NCBI GenBank assembly: GCA_963746475.1
Contig: CAVVBB010000003.1
Coordinates: 368,938-432,937 of the forward strand
Source: an uncultured delta proteobacterium
Lineage (GTDB): Bacteria > Myxococcota_A > Polyangia > Polyangiales > Houyiibacteriaceae
DNA: 64,000 nt
Direction: 5' to 3'
Shown here: positions 27,514-38,291 of the stretch, piece after piece
Layout: every line of letters starts with the position of its first letter
How positions within the stretch are numbered: the first letter of the stretch is position 1
Program-made: the position numbers and the translations under genes
Notes under the pieces: model-generated
The model's database searches: none
The model's input: the letters and a program-made list of their open reading frames with translations, nothing else
Told to the model about the DNA's origin: nothing

Positions 27514-28517
27514 GCCGCTGCCTCATCGGGACTCTGGGCGGGCTCCTACTGACGCTGGCGCTGCCCGCGCTCGGCCGGGCCCACGAAAGCCGCCCCCTCT
27601 ACATTGAAATCGAGGAACGCGCGCCGAGTCAGTTCAGCGTCCAGTGGCGGACCCCTCCTTCCGTGCCCTCCGGTAACGCCCCCGACGTGCAGCTCCCCGC
27701 GCACTGTGAGCTACTTCAAGGGCACGCAGGGCATCGACGCGTGTACCAGTGCGCCGAGGAACTGGCTGAGGACCAGGTGGCCGTCCGCTACCCAGCCTTC
27801 AACCCATCCATCTCGACCCTTCTCCGGCTGACCTGGTATTCGGGAGAGACGCATACAGTGCTCGGCTCGCCCGACCAAAGCACGCTGAGCATCCCCGCCA
27901 AAGAGAGCCGCGCTGGGGTGGCGCGCCAGTATCTGCGCCTCGGGGTCCGACACATCCTCACAGGGTACGACCACCTTCTGTTTCTAATTTGCCTGCTGCT
28001 CATCGCGGGGACCGGGCGCCGTATCTTTTGGACCATCACCGGTTTCACCTTGGCGCACTCCTTGACGCTGGTGCTGAGCGCTTTGGGCTGGGTGCGCGTG
28101 CCCGTGGCCCCAGTGGAAGCCAGCATCGCGCTCAGCATCGTCTTCGTGGCCTCGGAGATCCTGCGTGGCGACCGCACCAGCCTCGCTTACCGGCACCCCA
28201 TTGCGGTCTCGAGCGCGTTCGGCCTGCTGCACGGCTTCGGCTTCGCCTCTGCGCTGAGCGAAACCGGTCTGCCACAGACGGAGATCCCCGCTGCGCTCTT
28301 GTTCTTCAACCTCGGTGTCGAGATCGGGCAGTTACTCTTCATCCTCGGCTTGATCCTCGCGTACCAGCTCATCAAACGCGCCGCCTCAGCGGCGGGCCTG
28401 TCGACCGAGGTCCTGACGGAGCGCTTGTCTCGAATGCAAAAGCCACTGCTCTATGTAGTCGGCTCCCTGGCCTCGTTCTGGATGCTGCAGCGAATCGCCT
28501 CGTTTTGGACTGGCTAG
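27510..28517 (+). CDS. HupE/UreJ-family metal (Ni/Co-type) permease with ~140-aa N-terminal periplasmic extension
   Basis: HILTGYDHLLFLICLLL, FTLAHSLTLVLSALG, LLHGFGFASAL and FNLGVEIGQLLF are HupE/UreJ hallmarks. The predicted signal cleavage site GRA|HE leaves an N-terminal His. Confidence 0.85.
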   Translation: MSRCLIGTLGGLLLTLALPALGRAHESRPLYIEIEERAPSQFSVQWRTPPSVPSGNAPDVQLPAHCELLQGHAGHRRVYQCAEELAEDQVAVRYPAFNPSISTLLRLTWYSGETHTVLGSPDQSTLSIPAKESRAGVARQYLRLGVRHILTGYDHLLFLICLLLIAGTGRRIFWTITGFTLAHSLTLVLSALGWVRVPVAPVEASIALSIVFVASEILRGDRTSLAYRHPIAVSSAFGLLHGFGFASALSETGLPQTEIPAALLFFNLGVEIGQLLFILGLILAYQLIKRAASAAGLSTEVLTERLSRMQKPLLYVVGSLASFWMLQRIASFWTG

Positions 28518-28577
28518 TTTCGCAACTCAGTCGCTCCGAATGCACCCGCAAGCGCCTCCTATGCTAGCCTCCCCGCC

Positions 28578-29573
28578 ATGCGCAAGCTTGGAATCCTCCT
28601 CGCGCTGGTCCTCGCCCTGAGCGCCTGCGCCTCCTCCAAATCCGCGACCAAGACGCCCCAGAGCAGCATCGGAGCGGGCGTCAGCGTCGAAACCATGCGC
28701 CCCTCCGAGGCTGCGCAAGTTCTGAAGGAGTTTCGAACCGCCTATGGCTTCGACCGCCCGAATCCCCCGGACCCGAACATCAGCAGCATGGCCCAGGTCC
28801 TGGACATCATCCTTCACGACCAGGTCGCCTACTATGATGCGGCACGGCAGTTCACGGCAGGCAAGACCGGCGCCGAAGCCCTGACCATCCGCGCCTACCT
28901 CGAGCTTTCCGAGGCCGAGGCCCTGCTGACCGCGGCCAACATCCTGGACGCGCAGCGCGCCGAAGACCTGCTTGAGCTCCGACAGCTACAGCAGCCGCGA
29001 GCTCTGTCCGACGCCGACGAAAGCCGTAAGGCCGCCGAAGCGCAAGCCATCGCCTCGCTGCAAACCGAGACAGAGGACTTCCGCAAGGCGATCCGTGCGC
29101 TCCGCGTGCTTTCCGTCGAACCGATGAACGCGGGCGGCGATCTCGCCAACCAAGCCATCGATCGTGACCCGAACCTGCAGCTCAGCTACCTGGCCAAGGC
29201 GATGTACTTCCGCATGACCACCGAGTGGCTCGAGTTCGATCGCATGATGAAGTACGCGGACGACATCGCTGCGGACCCGGCGGTGCGCACCTACCTGCGC
29301 GGCATGGAGGCCTACGAGCGCTACACGGACCGTGAAAGCGCGAAGAAATTGCTCGAGGAAGCCCTCCTCAAGAACCCGGAGCTCGTGCGGGCCCAGGCCA
29401 ATCTCGTACTCATCGAAACCGATATCGCGGACAAGTACGCGGCCTTGCAGAAGCTCAAAGCCATGAGCCCAAACCACCTGGTGGTTGACCTAGCCGGCAA
29501 GTACATCGAGAGCGAATACGAAACCGCGATGGAGCTTCGTGGGCGGACCCAGCCCGCCCAAACGAGCCCCTGA
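28578..29573 (+). CDS. Lipoprotein, helical-repeat (TPR-like?) protein of unknown function
   Basis: MRKLGILLALVLALSAC lipobox; the remainder is predicted helical. Confidence 0.7.
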   Translation: MRKLGILLALVLALSACASSKSATKTPQSSIGAGVSVETMRPSEAAQVLKEFRTAYGFDRPNPPDPNISSMAQVLDIILHDQVAYYDAARQFTAGKTGAEALTIRAYLELSEAEALLTAANILDAQRAEDLLELRQLQQPRALSDADESRKAAEAQAIASLQTETEDFRKAIRALRVLSVEPMNAGGDLANQAIDRDPNLQLSYLAKAMYFRMTTEWLEFDRMMKYADDIAADPAVRTYLRGMEAYERYTDRESAKKLLEEALLKNPELVRAQANLVLIETDIADKYAALQKLKAMSPNHLVVDLAGKYIESEYETAMELRGRTQPAQTSP

Positions 29574-29587
29574 GCTTGAGGCGCTTC

Positions 29588-29911
29588 TTAGGGCGGCACG
29601 GGCCGGAGCTCGACCTTGACCGTGGTGACACCGGGGGCGAGCTCGAGCTCTACGTCGCTCGGGAAGTGATCATCGGCCTGCACGGTCATCAGGTGGACGC
29701 CCGGTGCGAGCCTCTTGGGTTCCACGGCGAGGACCTTGGCACGGCCAAAGTAGTGGCCATCGACGTATACTGACGCACTGGAAGGCACCGCGACAACCTT
29801 CAGCTCGGCATGCTGGGTCGGGACCTGCGTCTGTTCCTTCACGCAGCCGAAGCCACACAGGAAAGCCGCGGCGCAACACGCCAGCGCGCCGACCCTGTGC
29901 ATCATTCCCAC
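29588..29911 (-). CDS. PEGA-domain lipoprotein
   Basis: Lipobox LCGFGC. PEGA-like [24 protein letters not shown]...[16 protein letters not shown]. Candidate starts at GTG 29911 / ATG 29905 / ATG 29902 overlap the guaA stop (ATGATG). Confidence 0.7.
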   Translation of the reverse strand: MGMMHRVGALACCAAAFLCGFGCVKEQTQVPTQHAELKVVAVPSSASVYVDGHYFGRAKVLAVEPKRLAPGVHLMTVQADDHFPSDVELELAPGVTTVKVELRPVPP

Positions 29912-31446
29912 TCGATGGTCGAGGGCGGCTTGGACGAGATGTCGTAGCAGACGCGATTGCAGCCGCGAACCTCGTTGATGATGCGCGTGGAAATGCGCGC
30001 GAGCACCTCGTGCGGAATTCTCGACCAGTCGGCGGTCATGCCGTCACGCGAATCGACGGCGCGGACGGCGATCACGTAGTCATACGTGCGCTCGTCGCCC
30101 ATCACACCCACCGTGCGGACCGGCAGAATTACACAGAAGGCCTGCCAGATCTTGTCGTAAAGATCGGCCGCTCGGATCTCTTCTTCGAAGATGGCATCGG
30201 CCTCGCGAAGGATGTCGAGCTTCTCTCGGTCGATGGTTCCGGGACAACGCACCGCGAGCCCGGGGCCAGGAAACGGATGCCGCCAGAGAATGTCGTGGGG
30301 CATGCCCATGGCCTCACCGACCTCACGCACCTCATCCTTGAACAAGAGACGCAGCGGCTCGACGAGCTCCAGGTGCAGGTGCTCTGGCAGGCCGCCCACG
30401 TTGTGGTGGCTCTTGATCACCGCACTCGGTCCCTTGAAAGATAGGCTCTCGATGACATCCGGATAAAGGGTTCCCTGCACGAGGAAGCGCGCGTCCTCGA
30501 TTTTTTCCGCCTCCCGCTGAAACACATCGATGAAGACGCTGCCGATGATCTTGCGCTTCTGTTCGGGGTCGCTCACCCCCTGCAAGGCCCCCAGGAACTC
30601 TTCTGCGGCATCGACGTGGATCAACTTGAGCCCAAACTGATCACGGAAAGTGTGCACCACGCTTTGGGCCTCGTCTTTCCGCAAGAGACCGTTGTCGACG
30701 AAAATGCAAGTGAGACGGTCCCCAATGGCCTTCTGGACCAGCATCGCCGCCACGGATGAGTCGACGCCACCGGACAGGCCGCAGACCGCCGAGGCCTCAC
30801 CGATCTGCGCTCGAACGCTCTGAACTGCCTGATCGACGAAAGAGCCAGCGGTCCAGTTGGGCTTGCATCCGGCGACCTCGAACAGAAACGCACGAAGCAT
30901 CTCGACGCCACGCGGCGTGTGCGCCACCTCGGGATGGAACTGCACGCCGAAGATCTGCCGCTTCAGGTTGGCCACCGCCGCGAAGGGGCTGTTCGGCGTG
31001 CGCGCGATGACCTCGAAGCCATAGGGAAGCTTCTCGACCCGATCCCCATGGCTCATCCACACATCGAGGTGGCGACCCATCCGAAACCCGTGCAGAAGCC
31101 CCTCTGGCTTCATGACTTCGAGCCGAGCCGGGCCGTACTCGCGCTCATTGGCGCGCTGCACCTTGCCCCCCAGCAAGTGACTGAGAAGCTGCATTCCGTA
31201 GCAAATACCCAGCACAGGCACTCCGAGGTCGAACACCGCCGGGTCGATGGTCGGCGCGCCCTCAGCGAATACGCTTGCCGGTCCGCCGCTCAGAATGACG
31301 GCCCTCGGCTTCAACTCCCGAACGGTCGACATCGGCACCGTACAAGGCTGAATCTCACAGAAAACGTGTTGCTCCCGGATCCGCCGCGCGATGAGCTGCG
31401 TGTACTGCGAGCCGAAATCGACTATCAAAACCCCGTCGTCAAGCAT
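29902..31446 (-). CDS. guaA: GMP synthase (glutamine-hydrolysing)
   Basis: GATase motif GICYGMQ, PP-loop SGGVDSSV, and C-terminus ...KPPSTIEWE. Confidence 0.97.
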   Translation of the reverse strand: MLDDGVLIVDFGSQYTQLIARRIREQHVFCEIQPCTVPMSTVRELKPRAVILSGGPASVFAEGAPTIDPAVFDLGVPVLGICYGMQLLSHLLGGKVQRANEREYGPARLEVMKPEGLLHGFRMGRHLDVWMSHGDRVEKLPYGFEVIARTPNSPFAAVANLKRQIFGVQFHPEVAHTPRGVEMLRAFLFEVAGCKPNWTAGSFVDQAVQSVRAQIGEASAVCGLSGGVDSSVAAMLVQKAIGDRLTCIFVDNGLLRKDEAQSVVHTFRDQFGLKLIHVDAAEEFLGALQGVSDPEQKRKIIGSVFIDVFQREAEKIEDARFLVQGTLYPDVIESLSFKGPSAVIKSHHNVGGLPEHLHLELVEPLRLLFKDEVREVGEAMGMPHDILWRHPFPGPGLAVRCPGTIDREKLDILREADAIFEEEIRAADLYDKIWQAFCVILPVRTVGVMGDERTYDYVIAVRAVDSRDGMTADWSRIPHEVLARISTRIINEVRGCNRVCYDISSKPPSTIEWE

Positions 31447-31695
31447 CTTCGGCGGGATCTATCACGCCCCAAACCGAGCTACCAACCCCGAAGCCCGTTT
31501 TCGGCCGTCCGCGGGGAAACTGGACGCCAAAGATATCCGCAGGGAGCCTAGCTCGTCTCCTCTCTTTGGCACCGGCGCAGGCCAAGAGCCCTAGCCTGCT
31601 GGCCACCGCAGCGAGGCGAGGCCGACGCCCGGCCCGGCCAAGCCACGTGTAAGACAGGCGGAACCTCGAAAATCCGGCCCAGGCTGAAGGCCGGA

Positions 31696-34288
<2,593 letters not shown>

Positions 34289-34317
34289 TTACGGGCGCAT
34301 TCTTACACTTCGTGCAC

Positions 34318-34632
34318 TCAGTAGCTGCGGGGGAGTTTTTCGAGATCGACCTGGTCCAAGGCGAAGCGAATGAGCCCACTACGGCTGATTTTGCGGTGCC
34401 CCTGCTCCTTGAGCTCGGCCACCATGGCATCCAGGCGCGCCAGATCCTCCTTGTAGAGAGAGATGCAGATTACCTCATAGTGAAGGTCCTCCTTCTTCTT
34501 GGCCTTGCGAACCCGCTTTTTCTTGGCGGGTACCTTGGTAGCGCCCTCTCGATAGAAGGTGTCCCGTAGGACCGCGCTGACCTCGTCATTGTCGAGAACC
34601 GCGTTCACTCGTTCTGCGTTGCGCTTGCTCAT
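34318..34632 (-). CDS. Small ribbon-helix-helix-like DNA-binding protein with Lys-rich N-terminal tail (ParG/omega-like)
   Basis: 104 aa with tail KKKRVRKAKKKE. VICISLYKEDLARLDAMVAELKEQGHRKISRSGLIRFALDQ fits a beta-alpha-alpha RHH pattern. GGAAGGGG Shine-Dalgarno sequence; 12 nt downstream of the ParA-like gene. Confidence 0.65.
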   Translation of the reverse strand: MSKRNAERVNAVLDNDEVSAVLRDTFYREGATKVPAKKKRVRKAKKKEDLHYEVICISLYKEDLARLDAMVAELKEQGHRKISRSGLIRFALDQVDLEKLPRSY

Positions 34633-34644
34633 GCTGACCCCTTC

Positions 34645-35733
34645 CTACGAAGCCGCTGGAAACCTGGAGACGTCGTTGCTCGGGACGACGACCTGGGCAG
34701 TTTGTTGAACCGGCTCTGCCGCGAGCTTCGCGACGAGGCTCATGTAGTCCTCGGCACCGTGGCTGTTCGGCGCGTGCTCGAAAATCGTCTTCCGGGCGCT
34801 CGGGGCTTCGCGCAGCTTCGTATTGATGCGAATCGGGTCGTAGCAGCGCTCCCCAAAGTGCTCGCGCAGGGTCGCCAGCGCGTCACGGGAGATTCGGTTG
34901 CGCTTGTCGAAGAACGTGGGCAGCACGCCCAGGAGCTGCACGTCGTGCTGCAGCAGCTCGTGGACGTTTCGGACCGTACGCAGCACTTGCTTGACGCCAA
35001 CCAAGGAGAGGTAGTCGCAGGCGACCGGAACCACGAGACTGTCTGCGTAGACCAGGGCGTTCTGGTTCATCAGCGAAAGGGCCGGAGCACAGTCGATGAC
35101 CACGGTGTCGTAGTCGCGGCAGGCATCCCCGAGGCGCTCGCGCATGATGCGGTCGCGGTTGGGCCGCTCAGCCAAAAAGAGCTCGGCAGCCGCCAGCAGC
35201 TCGTTGGACGTCAGTACGTCGAGCCCGCTGCGAACGGGAATCGCTGCCTCGGACGGATGCGCCTGGTGCACGAGCACGTGATAGAGGGTCTTCTGTCCTC
35301 GAATCCCGAGAGAGGCCCCGACATTCCCCTGACCGTCCGCGTCGATGAGAAGCACGCGTTGACCGGCTTCAGCCAGACCGGCGGCGATGTTGATAGAGGT
35401 GGTCGTCTTGCCGGTACCGCCCTTGTGATTGAAGACGGCGATCCGCTTGGGACGGGCCCTGCCGAGATCCACGCTACTCTTGCGACCCTCCTCCGTCTCA
35501 CGGCAGGCCGTGGAGCAGAAGTACTCGCGTACACCATCGCCCACCCGAACCTGATACGGAAACTCGAGCTCGAAGCTCTTGCCGCAAGCATCGCAGCAGA
35601 CGCCGCCCTGTGACAGCAGCCGCTGCTGGCAGGCGGTCGAGCAGATGTAGATGTACTGCCCGTCCTCCTCGCGCACCTGATAGCGAAAACGAACCTCGAA
35701 CGGATTTGAACACACGTGACAGGTCGAACCCAT
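34645..35733 (-). CDS. ParA/MinD-family ATPase with two N-terminal TRASH-type zinc-finger repeats
   Basis: Deviant Walker A KGGTGKTT at aa 104-111, with [10 protein letters not shown]. The N-terminus carries C5-x2-C8-x22-C31-x3-C35 and C47-x2-C50-x22-C73-x3-C77 within a duplicated F-E-x-x-F-x-YQVR...CSTAC repeat. Confidence 0.85.
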   Translation of the reverse strand: MGSTCHVCSNPFEVRFRYQVREEDGQYIYICSTACQQRLLSQGGVCCDACGKSFELEFPYQVRVGDGVREYFCSTACRETEEGRKSSVDLGRARPKRIAVFNHKGGTGKTTTSINIAAGLAEAGQRVLLIDADGQGNVGASLGIRGQKTLYHVLVHQAHPSEAAIPVRSGLDVLTSNELLAAAELFLAERPNRDRIMRERLGDACRDYDTVVIDCAPALSLMNQNALVYADSLVVPVACDYLSLVGVKQVLRTVRNVHELLQHDVQLLGVLPTFFDKRNRISRDALATLREHFGERCYDPIRINTKLREAPSARKTIFEHAPNSHGAEDYMSLVAKLAAEPVQQTAQVVVPSNDVSRFPAAS

Positions 35734-35957
35734 GAACCCCCCAGTTATCGAAGTGCTTCTTGAACGCTTGAATCAGAACTGGTTCGAGCCGTCAAAAAAG
35801 ACGACGCGCAAACGCGTTCGATCGAATGGAAGCGGGAAAAACGGGGCTCAGAAGGTCTCTGGGAGACAATTCGCTCTCAAAGCGCAGACTTGCTCTTCCT
35901 CATGTGTGCGCTTCCAAGGGCATCGCCGGTAACGAGTGCCCGAGGCACGCATAGGAG

Positions 35958-37049
35958 GTGCGTACAATGCGAGCGGTCTACATCCCAAAGTACGGCAAAC
36001 CGGACGTCCTAGAGGTACGCGAGACGCCAACTCCCGAGCCTGCACGAGCTGAGGTTCGGATCGCGGTGCGGGCCGCCGGCCTGAACTTCGCCGACGTGAT
36101 GGCGCGACAGGGGCTCTACCCCGACGCCCCGAAGCCGCCCATGGTCATGGGCTACGAAGTAGCGGGGCGGATAGACGCCGTGGGGTCCGGAGTGACCTCA
36201 TGGCGCGAAGGAGACCGGGTCTGCGCCCTAACCCGCTTCGGCGGTCACGCCGACACGGTCCTCGTCCCCGAGCGGCAATGCTTCACGCTTCCCGCCGCGA
36301 TGTCCTTCGCCGAGGGCGCGGCCTTGCCCGTCGACTACCTGACGGCTCATCACATGCTGCACCGGGTGTTCCGCGTGCGTTCGGGCGATCACGTATTGGT
36401 GCATCAGGCTGCCGGCGGCGTCGGCACCGCGGCCGTGCAGATCTGCCAATCGGTCGAGGGCCTCACTACCTACGGCACGGCGTCGGGCCCCAAGCATCCT
36501 CACGTCAGGAAGCAAGGCTGCGACCACGTCATCGACTATCGAACTGAGGACTACGAAGCGGTCATCAACGAGCTCAACCATGGTCGCGGTCTGGATCTGG
36601 TGCTCGACGCGCTGGGCCCCAGCGACTGGCGCAAAGGCTACCGACTTCTTCGTCCGAGCGGGATGCTCATCGCCTTCGGCTGGGCGTCGCTCAACAAGGG
36701 AGGTCGCCGCAAGCTACCGCACGTGCTGACAGAGCTCACGAAGACGCCCTTCTTCCTCCCGGTCCAACTGATGAACGACAACAAGGCCGTAGCTGGGGTC
36801 AACATGGGCCGGCTGTGGAACTGGCCCGAAATGATCCGTGAAGAGATGCACCAGCTCATGGCGCTCTACGAGCGAGGGTTCATCCCGCCACACATCGACA
36901 AGGTCTTCCCCTTGGAGGAAGCGGCGCAGGCTCATACATACCTCGAGCAAGGGAGAAACGTAGGGAAGGTCTTGCTCGCCCCGGATAGTGACCCCAGGGC
37001 GGCGGGCTCGAGCGACGGTATTTTTGAAGTTGGCGCAAGTCTTGCTTAG
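35958..37049 (+). CDS. Zinc-type/MDR quinone oxidoreductase (VAT-1-like)
   Basis: MRAVYIPKYGKPDVLEV..., AGLNFADVMARQGLY, and the nucleotide loop VHQAAGGVGTAAVQ. Confidence 0.85.
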   Translation: MRTMRAVYIPKYGKPDVLEVRETPTPEPARAEVRIAVRAAGLNFADVMARQGLYPDAPKPPMVMGYEVAGRIDAVGSGVTSWREGDRVCALTRFGGHADTVLVPERQCFTLPAAMSFAEGAALPVDYLTAHHMLHRVFRVRSGDHVLVHQAAGGVGTAAVQICQSVEGLTTYGTASGPKHPHVRKQGCDHVIDYRTEDYEAVINELNHGRGLDLVLDALGPSDWRKGYRLLRPSGMLIAFGWASLNKGGRRKLPHVLTELTKTPFFLPVQLMNDNKAVAGVNMGRLWNWPEMIREEMHQLMALYERGFIPPHIDKVFPLEEAAQAHTYLEQGRNVGKVLLAPDSDPRAAGSSDGIFEVGASLA

Positions 37050-38003
37050 ATGGCAGGAAAAATGAGTCACATCGCCCCACTCAGAACGATCCTGAAGTCC
37101 TCCGATGTAGAGGATCCCGTGAACATCTACCTGCACCGGACGCTGGCCTATGGCTTCGTGCGAGCGGTGTACCGAACCCGCATCACCCCTGACATGATCA
37201 CCCTGCTCACCGTGATCCCAGGGCTGCTGGCGGGTGCGATGTTCCTATGGGGAACGCGCGGCGCAATGGTTGCGGGCGGTCTTCTTCTGTGGAGCTCCGC
37301 AATCTTGGACGGCGCGGACGGTCTGCTCGCGCGCGCCAAGAACATGAGCTCGGTGTACGGCCGCGCACACGACGCCCTGGCCGACGTGATCGTCGCCGTC
37401 CTGACGGTTTTCCCTGCATTTTTGCATGTCTACCTGAGCACTCGGCAGAGCATCTATCTGTGGCTGATGCTCCCGACCATCGGGCTCGCGGCGATTCACA
37501 TGTCGCTCTACGACTTCTACAAAGAGCTCTATTTGCGCGCCACCAAGCCTGGCCGAAAGATCGAAGATGTGGGCGAAACCGAGCTTCGTCAGCTTTCGGA
37601 GGCGGCTGCCAACCCGATCAGCCGCTTGGCCATCAACCAGATTCTTCTCCCGGTGAGCCAGCGTCAGCAGCGCCTGCTCAGCTGGATGAACCCCGTCGCC
37701 TGGACCCAAAGCCGGACGCTCGAGAGCAACGAGCAGGTCGCGCAGGTCTACCGAAAGCACAACCTCGGCCCGATGCGACTTTGGACCGTGATTTCCTCGG
37801 CCCCGCACTCTTACCTGATCTCCATCTGCGCCATCGCGGACCGTCTGGATATCTATTTCTGGGTTCGCCTGGTCGGCATGAACGTGATCATGCTCGTCGC
37901 CATGATCTGGCAGCGACACACCACGGAAGCCACGAACAGGGAGCTCCAGAAGCTCGAAGACGTCGAAGAGCACCGCATCCCAGCCCTGCACGCAGCCGCC
38001 TGA
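37050..38003 (+). CDS. CDP-alcohol phosphatidyltransferase family membrane protein
   Basis: Complete motif DG-x2-AR-x8-G-x3-D-x3-D (DGLLARAKNMSSVYGRAHDALAD). The start ATG directly abuts the upstream stop (TAGATG). Confidence 0.85.
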   Translation: MAGKMSHIAPLRTILKSSDVEDPVNIYLHRTLAYGFVRAVYRTRITPDMITLLTVIPGLLAGAMFLWGTRGAMVAGGLLLWSSAILDGADGLLARAKNMSSVYGRAHDALADVIVAVLTVFPAFLHVYLSTRQSIYLWLMLPTIGLAAIHMSLYDFYKELYLRATKPGRKIEDVGETELRQLSEAAANPISRLAINQILLPVSQRQQRLLSWMNPVAWTQSRTLESNEQVAQVYRKHNLGPMRLWTVISSAPHSYLISICAIADRLDIYFWVRLVGMNVIMLVAMIWQRHTTEATNRELQKLEDVEEHRIPALHAAA

Positions 38004-38058
38004 GCGGGGCCCGCGCCGTCAAAGAGACGTCGCCACGCTGCAAACGTTTCAGACTCTT

Positions 38059-38100
38059 GTGTGAATCATCTACCACAATCGGCGTGGCTACAATTCACAC
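38059..38100. repeat. Imperfect long hairpin / inverted repeat GTGTGAAT...ATTCACAC in an AT-rich convergent intergenic region
   Basis: GTGTGAAT (38059-38066) and ATTCACAC (38093-38100) are a perfect 8-bp inverted repeat. They enclose an inner CCAC-aatcggc-GTGG stem. A third degenerate copy, TGAATTACACA, is at 38108-38118. Confidence 0.5.
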
Positions 38101-38291
38101 TGTTGTCTGAATTACACATGCCTAGCTGGGGAAATTAACCCTGCGTCGGACGAGCGGATCGCCGTCAAAAGCGACCCAAGCCCAGCTCGGCGAACGAGCT
38201 TTTCACCCTCCGGCCGCCACGGAGCCCCGGAGCGACCGTGGAAGCGGCGCGGGGGCGAGCGGCCGCCAGACGCCGCCAACACTCTAGTACG

